From Eledone cirrhosa (lineage: Eukaryota), in assembly GCA_964016885.1 (NCBI GenBank), contig OZ024752.1:44020001-44084000 (forward strand): a DNA stretch of 64,000 nt. Direction: 5' to 3'. Positions 23,463 through 37,300 of the stretch are shown here, piece by piece; positions within the stretch are counted from its first letter, which is position 1, and the number at the start of each line of letters is the position of its first letter. The notes below the pieces were generated by a model that was not told where the DNA came from, did not search any database, and worked only from the letters and a program-made list of their open reading frames with translations. Made by a program: the position numbers and the translations under genes.

Positions 23463-26400
23463 CTAAGATGACAATGAAAATAAAATTCTTTCATATGAAT
23501 AAATACTAAATATTTATTTAAAATTGATGTTATTTGAGTATTTCGATTGAAGTTGAATTTGTTTTATTTTTTAACCCTTTAGCATTTAAATTGGCCGTAT
23601 CTGGCCAGAATTCTCTCACCTCTTTCTGTTAAAACCGGCCATAACTGGCCACTCATACCTATATTAAGGTATTGTTCTCAAAATAAATAATATCAAAATC
23701 TCATAGATTACATATTATGTGACATAATTATGTGAGGTAAAGCCTTTACTGTGAAAATACAATAGTAAATATAGAGTAATGTAAATGTTATGTGAGATAT
23801 TATGTGAGGTAAAGCCTTTACTGTGAAAATACAATAGTATATATAGAGTAATGTAAATGCTAATGGGTTAATGAAAAACATTGAAAACATCAACAATCAA
23901 ACAAAGCATTATATTATCACTTCTTTTAAAACTTATAAATCTAAATTTAGATAACGTACGAAGTTGAATTTTCAGCTTTTAAGCTATATATATACATATA
24001 TATATATCCTTATGTTTGTATGTAAAGACCTGTAATTCCTGATGGAGTTATAGAAATGTCATCAAGGCATACAACATGTTTTTACCACTTTAAACCTGGT
24101 GGAACCCATCCCCTCTCTGGGTCTGACATAGCCGATTTCTTCCAGAGAAGGAGAGATAAGAAGTGACAAGATGAATCAACCCCATTACTGAACTGGTACT
24201 TTTATTGACCTCGAAAGGATGAACAGCAAAGTTGACCATAGCTCAAATATTTTAACTTTATATGGCATATCCAAACAGCTCAAGTCTTCAAGAAGATGGA
24301 GAGATATTATCTAATTAGATGGTTTGGAAATATATGATTGTAATTAGAAAAGGATGGTCAGAGAAAAAAATTAGTAAATGGTCCAATAATTCTTTATTTT
24401 GGAGGGCAAACCAATAATTACTTATGAAAGAAATAAGTGGAACTAGTGTGGAACAGAGCAAAGTTGTAAAACTATCCCTTAATTTCCTTTAGAAATATTC
24501 TAAGAAGAAAAGACAATTGAAATAAAGAAAGATAAAAAATATATAAAAAAGAACAATAATGAAAATAAACATTTTCATAAGGAGGATGGGATATTTTGAG
24601 ACTGTTGACTTTGGAGGGATGAAATGTAGCAAAGATATTAAAGTATACACAACATAGTAAAGTGGGTACTAACATACATAATATTACTTAGTCAAGAAGT
24701 TTCGATTAAATAAAATTGCACCAATAATGAGGAGAAAAAATGGTTACTTCTGATCAAGAAAAACTGGAAAACAACTCCCGAATTAAAAATAATTTAATAT
24801 AGAATATTATAGGAAGTAGGTCTGATCTTTGGCAACTCGACGACAAATTTGGATATGTTTCAATCTTTACACCTCATCAGCAAAGCATAATGAATCTGGT
24901 ATTGCCAAATCTAAGAATGACTTTAGAGATATATAGGAGAGTGCCAATATAATTTAGAAATATGACTGGGAGAAACTATTTACAGACAATTCTTGTTATA
25001 TGAAAAACAAAAAAATAGTAAGATGGGTACTAACATAATTAATGTAACCTTGTCAAATATTTTATAGGGTTTTAATATTTGTCAAAGATCAGTATTACAC
25101 AGATCTCTCCCTTTAAATACACTAACACCTTTGTCAATACTTTACATATACTTAAGTGTAAAGGATACCTGTAGAACAAATGAAAATACAGTTTAATACC
25201 CTAAACCCTCATTTATTTAAACTACACTGTCAATCCCATTGTCTTACAACTACAATATAGCTTGCTGGATGGGAAGGGGTGCAGTTTCAATGTCTGCTAT
25301 AGGAGCTATTTTCCCTTGTTAGACCTCTGGATGTAAGAATATGTAATAAATTTAGAATGTTGTTATGTTTACTCTTAGGTGTTAGCAGAGACATAACGAG
25401 GGAAAATAGCCCCTATGGCTAGCAGTGAAATTGGACCTCTACCCAGCACTGTATTTTTACCTATGGTCCTAATATAAAAGGTTTAATGATCCAGCCACCA
25501 TAGTGTTCTCAGCCATGATAATCAGAGACAGATCATACATCTGAAGGAGTTTCTTTTTTCCCTCTCCGACGAGGTTTATTTGACTTTAATAGAACGTGCT
25601 CCTAGTCCAAGTGGCACCCCCTTCATGTGGGGCCCATGGCACGTGCCTTACTTGCCATACCCTAGTTACACCTCAGGGTGTTAAAATATATAATAAATCT
25701 AGAAGAGTGTTATGTTTACTTACGTTTACTAGTTGTTGATGCTACTGTTGTTGTTGTATAGGAAGTAGTTGTTATTATATCTCGATAACATTGTACAGCA
25801 GCATCTTCTGTGTGGGTACAATCATGCTTACCCCAAGGGCTTGACTCACATGATTCAATGGTATCTTCAGTGCCATCACAGTCGACCTCATCAAACCAAA
25901 TTAAACCTTTACCTTTTCCATAGGTACCTCCTGGTAGAGCAATACCTGACCTAGAAATAACAGAAATGGATTGTAATAACAAAATCAATAATTGATAGAT
26001 TGTAATAACAAAATCAATAATTGATAGATTGTAATAACAAAATCAATAATTAATAGATTGTAATAACAAAATCAATAATTAATAGATTGTAATAACAAAA
26101 TCAATAATTAATAGATTGTAATAACAAAATCAATGTGAAATAATTAAAAGCATAACTGAAATCAAATGAGATTTATTGCCCTATGTACTGTACATGTACT
26201 TTTTTGATGAGTTGCGGTGCACCTGGGCACTGTACACAATATTTCATTATTGTTATTGTTATTATATCATGACTCATACACTGTTTATTTTCCTGACATT
26301 TGTACATTATTCTATGTACTATACATGCACCTTTGATGAGTTGTAGTGCACCTGAGCACTGTACACAATAATTTCATTATTATTAAATGGCAATATAGAA

Positions 26401-29400
26401 TTATCTATATTTAGCTGTAATTGTATGTTTTTTTTTTAGTTTTTAGTTACTCAGTCATGAAGAAAGGCAGTGACTGTGATCCTGGTCAGGGCCTTTCACA
26501 CTGGTGGCAGATGCTCACAATAGAATACATTCCAAAGGGTCAGAGGCTTAGATGCTCGCAATAGAACACATAAGATTTTGATATTATTTATTTTGAGAAC
26601 AATACCTTAACCCTTTAATGTTCAAACCAGCCAAAACCGGCCAGAATTCTCTACCTCTTTCTGTTGAAACTGGCTGTAACTGGTCACTCAAACTGATGTT
26701 AAGGTATTGTTCTCAAAATAAATACTTTCAAAATCTCATAGATTCGATATTGTGTGAGATATTATGCAAGGTAAAGCCTTTACCATGAAAATACAATAGT
26801 ATATATAGAGTAATGTGAATGCTAAAGGGTTAAAGTCGGTATGAGTGGCTGGTTACAGCCGGTTTAAACAAAAAGAGGTGAGAGAATTCTGGCCAGATAC
26901 GACCGGTTTAAACGCTAAAGGGTTAAACAGAGCAAGATATGAATTAATTGACTTACTTATATCCGAGCTGCTTACAAACAACTGTAGCATCTACATTATC
27001 AAAATTGTCATCACAAACTGATCCAGTGATGTTACTGATAGTTATTTCAATCCTTCCATTACTGGGATTAGTACCATTGAGTAAAGTCACTGATGGAGCT
27101 GAAGTAGGCAGTAGGAAAAAATTGGTGTTGTATTTATAAATTAGACATACATGCATACATATATATATATGTGTGTGTCTGTGTGTGTATTGCAATCAAA
27201 TACTCACACACACACACACCACACACACACATATATATATAAAGAGCTTCTCTATCAGAGATTGAAGGGATGATGGCATTGTAGTTGTGTTTGAACTGTT
27301 ATGCTACATGGTAGCGCAATGTGGGTCACTCTACATGGTACCATGATGTGGGTCACTCTACATGGAGCACAAATGAACTAAAAGAAAAAGCTGTTCAAAG
27401 ACAGCATCACACAGATTGGTAACCAAGGCCTCAATATGCCCTAGCTATCAGCTCCACGACATGGTTGAGGATTCTCAGCCACTGGACCAACACTAATGTC
27501 ACAACTCCCCTTTCTCTCATCAAGAAGCAAAGCTTCAGATGTGGAGAGCTAGCCTTAGACATCGCAACCCACCCAACTGAATGTCAACCCCAATACAGTC
27601 CTCACTCCATTCACCAGGCATTAACATCTCTAAGAGGGAATGGGTGTCCCTGAATTGGCTACACACACAGATATCAGCCAATTCAATGCAGCCATGCACC
27701 CCTGGGGGGATCTGTGACCATCAAAAGCTTGCCAGAGCAGATTACAGCACACATGAGTGAGTGCCCAGATCTCAGCCCACCTGAAAGTGTAGACCATATA
27801 CACCATAACCCCACAGTACTAAAGTACGCAGACGACATCAAGCTGTACCTTGAGATAAAAAGGACAGATCCTGAACACTATAGATCTTGCTTGCAGTCTG
27901 ACCTGGACACAATGCAACAGTGGATCTCAGACTGGCAACTCAAGCTAGCTGTGGACAAGTGCACCACCATGCATTTTGGGAGTAAAAACCCAGCGTCCAC
28001 ATACTCCCTCCACACACTAATATCAAGAAGTCTTCCTGTGAACGTGACCTGGGCATTACGTTCAGCAGCGATTTGCGTTAGATGAGGCACATCTCTAAAA
28101 TTGTCAAGAGGGCCGAGGGTGTCTTAGCATCACTCAGCAAGACCTTTGTCAGCTACTCTCCAGATATCTATTTAAGGCTGTATACAGCTATGGTGCGACT
28201 ACACTTAGAATTTGCATCACCAGTCTGGAACCCCTATCTTGCTCAGGACATTGACCGCCTGGAAACTGTTCAGAGACGTGCAACCAAGCGAATACCCTCC
28301 ATCAGGCATCTACCATACTCTGAGCGCCTTGCTTCCCTGGGCATGGATTCATTGAAGCTCCGACGCCTGGCAACTGACTTGGTAAACACCCACAAAATTG
28401 TTAACCATGTTGCCAACAACAACCCTGAGTACCTTTTCGATTTCCATGTGTCTAACACACGTGGACATGCCCACAAAGTAAGAAAACAGCACAGTTCCCA
28501 TGACTTTCTGAAACATTTTTTCACGCTCAGAGTTGCTGAAGCATGGAACAAACTACCTGCATCAGTTGTTAACTGTCGAGACACTGCATCCTTTAAGGCC
28601 TCCATGCTTCCCGAGATCTGCCAACAGAACAGCTAACACATACACACATGTACTTCCCTGACATTTGTGTATTATTCTATGTACTATATTGACGAGTTGT
28701 AGTGCACCTGAGCACTTTACACAATAATTTCATTATTATTATTATTATTATTATATACACCATAACCCCACTGTTAGTTATATCACCTGATGGTTGTCAC
28801 TGTCTCTGAAGGAGAACATATGTTTCGCTATTTTAATATATATAAAATATATGTAAAACCTTCATAAAGAGACTTACTGCAATATCTTTCATCGCTGTTA
28901 TCTCCGCAATCATCAACAGCGTCACATAGAAATTCGATTTTTAGACATTTAGAATTTGCACATTCAAAGTTATTCTCGGGACATGCTGAAATGTAAATAA
29001 AATATATTAAATTAGGAAATCAAAATTATTTCTTAAATGTGGAGAAATGAAAACAAACAAAACAAAAAATCAGGTGTTTATTGATTATAAAAGCAAATGT
29101 GAGTTATTTGTAAATGTTTAAACCATATGGAGAAGTGTTCTCAATTGTAGTTAATTTAACTCTTTAGCATTTAAACCAACTCTTCCTGTTTAAACTGGCT
29201 GTAACTGGCCACTCATACTGATGTTAAAGTATTGTTCTCAAGATAAATAATATCAAAATTTCATAGATTTGATATTATGTGAGGTAAAGACTTTACTGTG
29301 AAAATACAATAGTATATATAGAGTAATGTAAATGCTAAAGGGTTAAAGTTGTGTTGTTTTTATAAAATTACTATTTTTTAAAAATAAAATAGGTTCAATG

Positions 29401-30130
29401 GTTTTCCAAATGAAATATGCTGCAGAAGTTTTAAATTTGTTTTAACACTTTTGATACAAGCCTGCCTAAAACTGCCCCTGGGTCTCCGATACAAAACTAC
29501 TAATTTTAAAAGGGTTCATCAGGGTTCGTGATATAAATCTATTAATTTTAAAAGGATTCACGGAGAGAGGCATAATGTAATGTAATTTATTTTGAGGTAA
29601 GACAGCACGCTTGCAGCGTTACCTCAGGTGATGGCGAAACTGATACACTGGAACAGCCAAGTCACCTCACGAGCATCACCAGTTACCTCGGTTAGGTGAA
29701 CCGCCAGAGAAGGCGCTTGGCTGTTCCAGTGCATCAGCCTCGCCATCACCCGAGGTAACGCTGCATGCGTGCTAGCTTGCCTCTAAAATTATTAGAGATG
29801 TTTCCCAGTGCTCCTCGCCATATTGTTATCTTTTGTTCCGACAGTGGTTCGTTTGCCCACCCCTCTTTCACCTGTCTTTCAGAGCAAGTATTATATGGAC
29901 AGTGCACACATTCTGAAATACTACAGAAAGAAACTTACATTTGTCTAATTTACAAACAACACCAGCAGTTTCATGTTTTTTGCAGTTATGTTGGCGCCAT
30001 GGGTCTTTTGGACAATCTAACAAACTTGTCTCATTTCCAAAACATTCGACATTTGTTAGTAAAAAGTTGCCATTGCCAGACCCAAAATTGGAGAAAGGAA
30101 CAGCTTTGAGAGCAGCTCTGAAAAAGAAGA

Positions 30131-30179
<49 letters not shown>

Positions 30180-30497
30180 CTACAGCTTCCTAAAACCGTG
30201 TTTCTTTAGAAATACGAAATTTCTATACATATTTGTATAAAGCTATGCTTGAAGCGAAATCTCATTTCTCTCTCTCTCTCTCTATATATATATATCTATA
30301 TATATATCTATATATATATATATATATATATATATAGATATATATGTATGTGTATGTATGTGTGTGTGTGTATGTATATTTGCATGTGTGCATGTATGTA
30401 TGTTTTTGTAGGTGTGTGTTTATTTGTGTATGTACATATTAGTGATGATTCTAGCACATCAATATATATGAATATATATATACACACATACACACAC

Positions 30498-30528
<31 letters not shown>

Positions 30529-30589
30529 TATATATACACACACACACATATATATACATACACACACATATATATACATACACATATAT

Positions 30590-30620
<31 letters not shown>

Positions 30621-31009
30621 CACATATATACACACATACACATATATATATATAATTGTTTCTACTTTAGGCACAAGGCCAGCAATTACCCAGTGCATTA
30701 CTGGTACTTTATTTTATCGACCCCGTAAGGATGAAAGGCAAAGTCAACCTCGGCATGTATACTACATGGCAAGCTGTCCTTCGTGTTGGTTATTTACCTA
30801 TATCCCAGCATACGACAGACAACATCAGCATCCGTCAAGCCCCATTTGTCATCACAGACCACACCCCATTCATTATGGTATTTTATCTCAACTCTTCCGG
30901 AATGTTCTTGGCCATCTGCCAGTCGGATTTCAATCTCTTCAGGAACTCCTACAGTTTTCAAAATATAAATGTAAATACACAAGCATTAAATCATATTATA
31001 TACACATAT

Positions 31010-31076
<67 letters not shown>

Positions 31077-31290
31077 TATATATTATACACATATATACAC
31101 ACATATATACATATATTATATACACATATATACACACATATATATATATATTATATACACATATATACACACATAAATATATATATATTATATACACATA
31201 TATATATATCATATACACATACACGCACACATACACATATATATATTAAACACACACACACATATATATATATTATATACACATACACAT

Positions 31291-31336
<46 letters not shown>

Positions 31337-34300
31337 CACACATATATATATACACACATATATATATCATATACACATATACACACACATACACATATAT
31401 TATATACACATACACACACATATATATATTAAACACACACACACACATATACACACACCTATATATACATATATATATTACATACCACAGTTTTGTTCAT
31501 CAGAAAAGTCATTGCAGTCGTCTCTTCCATTACATTTTTTTTCTTTTGTAACACATCTTCCATTATTGCACTTGAAGTCTGTGGCACTGCAGTTCTCTAC
31601 AACAATACCACATTATATATAGTTTGGTAACAGACTATATAGTTTGGTAACAGACTATATAGTTTGGTAACAGACTATATAGTTTGGTAACACAATATAT
31701 AGTTTGGTTACAGAATATATAGTTTGGTAACACAATATATAGTTTGGTTACAGAATATATAGTTTGGTAACAGACTATATAGTTTGGTAACACAATATAT
31801 AGTTTGGTAACACAATATATAGTTTGGTTACAGAATATATAGTTTGGTAACAGACTATATAGTTTGGTAACACAATATATAGTTTGGTAACACAATATAT
31901 AGTTTGGTTACAGAATATATAGTTTGGTAACAGACTATATAGTTTGGTAACACAATATATAGTTTGGTTACAGAATATATAGTTTGGTAACAGACTATAT
32001 AGTTTTGTTACAGAATATATAGTTTGGTAACACAATATATAGTTTGATAATACAATATATAGTTTGGTAACACAATATATAGTTTGGTAACAGACTATAT
32101 AGTTTTGTTACAGAATATATAGTTTGGTAACACAATATATAGTTTGGTAACAGACTATATAGTTTGGTTACACAATATATAGTTTGATAATACAATATAT
32201 AGTTTGGTAACAGACTATATAGTTTGGTAACAGACTATATAGTTTGGTTACACAATATATAGTTTGATAATACAATATATAGTTTGGTAACACAATATAT
32301 AGTTTGGTTACAGAATTTATAGTTTGGTAACAGACTATATAGTTTGGTTACAGAATTTATAGTTTGGTAACAGAATACTAATAGAATAGTTTGGTATATT
32401 TGTGAGAATGAGGAAAGATGACCTTACGTGAAAGTACATAATAATATCCACCAGAGAGTGCTGTAATGTGGAGAATCTTGAAGGTACCAAACAATTTGCA
32501 GCGTTTGTCTGACACCCGATAATGGAATGCTTTACACACAAATTTCTTATGATGTAAACATATTCTTGCACACTGGAGATAGAAATTCAGATAGAAATTC
32601 AGAAATATAAAAAAAAAAGGTAAGCATGTATATATATATATATATAATATAATTTCGATAAATTTTATGGATAACATATATTAAAACAATAGGAGTAGAA
32701 TGGTTTAACAGCGTTAGTTTCTTGTTAACCCTTTAGCATCTAAACTGGCTGAATTGTATTTTCATAGTAAAAGCTTTATCTCACATAACATCTCACATAA
32801 TATCGAATCTATGAGATTGATATTATTTATTTTGAGAACAATACCTTAACATCAGTATGAGTGGCGACTTACAGCCAGTTTAAACAGAAAGAGGCGAGAG
32901 AATTCTGGACGGATACGGCTGGCTAAATGCTAAAGAGTTAAAGTATTTATAGTCCTTTCCAATGCTACTTTATTTTTCTATATGTTTGACTAAACATTAA
33001 ATTTTCAATTATTTTAATAGAATTTTATCCTTGAAATATATTTGAAGGATGAAATAAAAAACAAGGTTCAAATCTAAAAAAAAAAACCCAACAAAATTAA
33101 CACATTAAGAAATAATTATGACTGATGACGACAACAAATAAAATTGTTTAACAACACAACAAAACATCCATTAAAATAATATAATCTCAAATTCTCTTCA
33201 ATTAACAAATGGAAAAGACAGAATTATTGATTATTGAACTTACAGTCTCCAGAGGTATGCGGACATACACTTCCTTTGGTACACTAACAATCAGGAAATT
33301 TAATTCTTGTTTCACAAACTGAGGGAGCTTGTAATCTAAGGAGGAAAAAAAAAATAAAGGAATAAAGTTTCTATAAATATCATTATTATGGCAGTATCGG
33401 TAGAGGGTCGGACGCCATGCTTTGCAGCATAGAGCCCTTTATGATCTGAGTTCAAATCCCGCTGAGGTTAACTTTGCCTTTTATCCTTACAGGGTCGATA
33501 AAATAAAGTACCAGTAATACACTGGTATAATTGCTGGCCTTGTGCCAAAAGTAGAAACAATTATTAAACAGCCATTTAAACTATGGCTATTTAAAAACTA
33601 GTCTGAAATAGATTTTAAAACTTAATATAAACACAAATATAAACAGTATGCTAAAGAGAATGAAAAGTGATTGTCTGATTGTTGTCATGTTCTCCTGAAG
33701 AGTTAATTTGACACAACAACAGCAATTTATCTGCTTCTATCTTGATTATGTCTTCCCTATTTACTCAGTTTAATCCTTTCATGTTTCAATGTTTCCTAAA
33801 ATTCACCAAAAGAGCTAGACATTTTTTTACTCCAGTTTAAAAAGTGCATGAGAAGTCCCAGTCGTCATCATCACCGTTTTACATCCATATTACCACGCTA
33901 GCATGGGTTAGACGTGAGATAAATAAAGCTGGTTATAAGTTGAACTTCTAGCAGACAGTTTAAAATGGCAAAAGGTTATGTCAGTCTCCTTCATTGAAAA
34001 ATTGGAAGGAGATGAATCCAGATGTCTTTATTGGCATGGAATGGTATGGTGCTATAAATCCCAATATTGTCACCTATTATACCTACCACAATATTGTCAC
34101 CTGTTACACCTACCACAATATTGTCACCTGTTACATCTACCACAATATTGTCACCTATTACATCTACCACAATATTGTCACCTGTTATACCTACCACAAT
34201 ATTGTCACCTATTACATCTACCACAATATTGTCACCTGTTATACCTACCACAATATTGTCACCTATTACATCTACCACAATATTGTCACCTGTTATACCT

Positions 34301-37300
34301 ACCACAATATTGTCACCTGTTATACCTACCACAATATTGTCACCTATTACATCTACCACAATATTGTCACCTGTTATACCTACCACAATATTGTCACTTG
34401 TTACATCTACCACAATATTGTCTCCTATTATACCTACCACAATATTGTCACCTGTTATACCTACCACAATATTGTCACTTGTTACATCTACCACAATATT
34501 GTCACCTGTTACACCTACCACAATATTGTCACTTGTTACATCTACCACAATATTGTCACCTATTACACCTACCACAATATTGTCACCTGTTATACCTACC
34601 ATGATATTGTCACCTGTTATACCTACCACAATATTGTCACCTGTTATACCTACCACAATATTGTCACCTATTACATCTACCACAATATTGTCACCTGTTA
34701 CACCTACCACAATATTGTCACCTGTTATACCTACCACAATATTGTCACCTGTTATACCTACCACAATATTGTCACCTGTTATACCTACCACAATATTGTC
34801 ACCTGTTATACCTAGCACAATATTGTCACCTGTTATACCTACCACAATATTGTCACCTGTTATACCTACCACAATATTGTCACCTGTTATACCTACCACA
34901 ATATTGTCACCTATTACACCTACCACAATATTGTCACCTATTACACCTACCACAATATTGTCACCTGTTATACCTACCACAATATTGTCACCTGTTATAC
35001 CTACCACAATATTGTCACCTGTTACACCTACCACAATATTGTCACCTGTTATACCTACTACGATATAAATATTGTCATATATTATACTTGCCGCAATCTT
35101 TCTCATCTTCACCATCAGAGCAATCATTTTCTCCATCACATTTCCAGGTCAGTGTAATACAGCTGTTGTTAGAATGTAGTTTACTTTAGAAATCAATTTA
35201 ACAAATACATGGGTTTTAATTTAAATGTTCTTAATAAAAATGAGACATTAGTTCATGGAAATAGTTAAAATGTAATTTCCTAGTATACATTATCTGAGGA
35301 AATGCTTCTCATATATCGTTTTAGTTATTGCAATGAAAACCCCTGAGAAAAATACAGTCATGTGTTATATGAATAACCAAAAATATGAATTTATCTTTTA
35401 GGAAATTCTTCTGAAGATTTTCCTATTCTACCACTACTTCCTAACATATTATTAAAAACGGTGAATTGGCAGTATCGTTAGAGGGTCGGATGCCATGCTT
35501 TGCAGCAAAGAGTTACGGCCCTTTATGGTCTGAGTTCAAATCCCGCCGAAGTTAACTTTGCCTTTCATCCTTACGGGGTCGATAAAATGAAGTACCAGTA
35601 ATACACTGAGTAATTTGCTGGCCTTGTGCCAAAAGTAGAAACTAATATTAAAACACGTTTAATGATTAAAAACCTCGTGAGGGTCAATTGTGAAAGACAA
35701 ATTAATTGTCTTACGTCTGATTTGCTGAACAAAACATTTTGTCAATGGGACAATTGATAGTGGGAACAGTTGTGACTGGAGCCGGTGTTGTAGTTAAAAC
35801 GGGTTTTGAAGCTGAAAATGTCAATAAAAAAAAAGTGTGAATTGGTTGCGAGAGTTACCTCCCTTCCCTGACAAACCTTCAGTGTTAAGATTCACAAGAG
35901 ACTCTGCTAATTATTGCTGACAATAAAACATATGAAACAGAATAAAGCATTTTATTCAGAAATATAAAACATTTCTTACAGATATCAGTATCTCTCGTCC
36001 ATGAAGTTATTTTACTTCCACCTAAAATATTACTGAAGTATAGCTTCCTCACAAATTCACCGCCACATTAAATTTTATCATTTAAACTATATTTTTGTTT
36101 TAATTATGTGAAAGAAGCTCCATTGAATGACTGTAGAAAAATAATCTAAATAATTCGGCATATAAACTTTCAAACTTTCTCATAAATTTCAAATTCTGCA
36201 AATCATTTCTAAACATGCAATCATTTATATAATAATAATAATAATGAAATTATTGTGTACAGTGCTCAGGTGCACTACAACTCATCAAAGGTGCATGTAT
36301 AGTAGATAGAATAATATATGTTGTAAATTGAATACTTACTACAGTCCACTTCATCTGAATTATCAGCACAGTCTTTTTCTCCATCACACTTCCAGGAATT
36401 TGGGATACAGCTGTTAGAATAAAAATGCATTGTTTTTGTAAATATACATTGTTTTGAATGGAACTCTTAAAGAAGAACGTTATCATTCCACTTTAGTGAG
36501 GGATGGAATGGCAGTGCCTATAACAATTTTCAGAGTTTCTAAGACTAGTGAGGGGTGTGGGGTGGATATCCTCAAACTAGAGTATTGGTCCAAATGTTTG
36601 CAACAAAGTGGACTCTACTAAAGGTACATTAAAGCCAGGTGGTGATTCTAAACCGGTTGACAGGTGGACTCTGGTAAAAGTACCTTAAGGCCAGGTGGTG
36701 GTTCTATGATGGGTGAGGGGTGGACTCTGTTAAGTGTACCTTAAGGCTAGGTGGTGTTGCTAAATAGGGTGATGGATAAGGTCTACCACCCAAACAGGTC
36801 ACATGAAGCATCTCATCCAACATTCTAAAAACTCCACCAATTCCCTGCCTAGCAACCTGTCACTGCCTAGCAACCTGTCCAAGGAACCGACCTGTGTCTC
36901 ATCAGCTTGTTGTTATAGAAACCAGAAGTAACCCTCAATGGCATGTGAATAGGGTAAAATTCTTTAAATATATTTTATGTATGATTAATGATATGAAAGA
37001 AACCTATTGAGAGCAGTTTTGTATTTCTTCAAAAAAAGGGTTAACCCTTTAGCATTTACATTCCTCTATATTTACTGTTGCATTTTCACAGTAAAGGCTT
37101 TACCTCACATTATATCGAATCTATGAGATTTTGATATTTATTTTGAGGAGATAATACCTTAACATAAATATGAGCTACCGATTACGACCGGTTTGAACAG
37201 AAAGAAGTGAGAGAATTCTGGCTGGATATGGCCGGTTTAAGGGTTAAAGGGTGAATGCAAAAATATCTTACGTTTGTAAACATAACATTTTGTCAGCAGG

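Noticed and set aside
24820-24890. CTGATGA...GAAA on the minus strand
   Set aside because: Stem II is weak and there is no stem I; more likely a decayed RT 'FADD'-like codon run.
28800-28875. GAAACATATGTT with palindromic stem III on the minus strand
   Set aside because: No proper CUGANGA or stem I in register.
30249-31357. Many YI/CV-rich ORFs here and at about 5100-5500, 15500-16200 and 51200-53400
   Set aside because: (TA)n and (CA)n microsatellites.
33978-35139. Long repetitive ORFs (208-382 aa) on both strands
   Set aside because: They are translations of a 27-bp intronic minisatellite. Only 35092-35162 is a real exon, in another frame.
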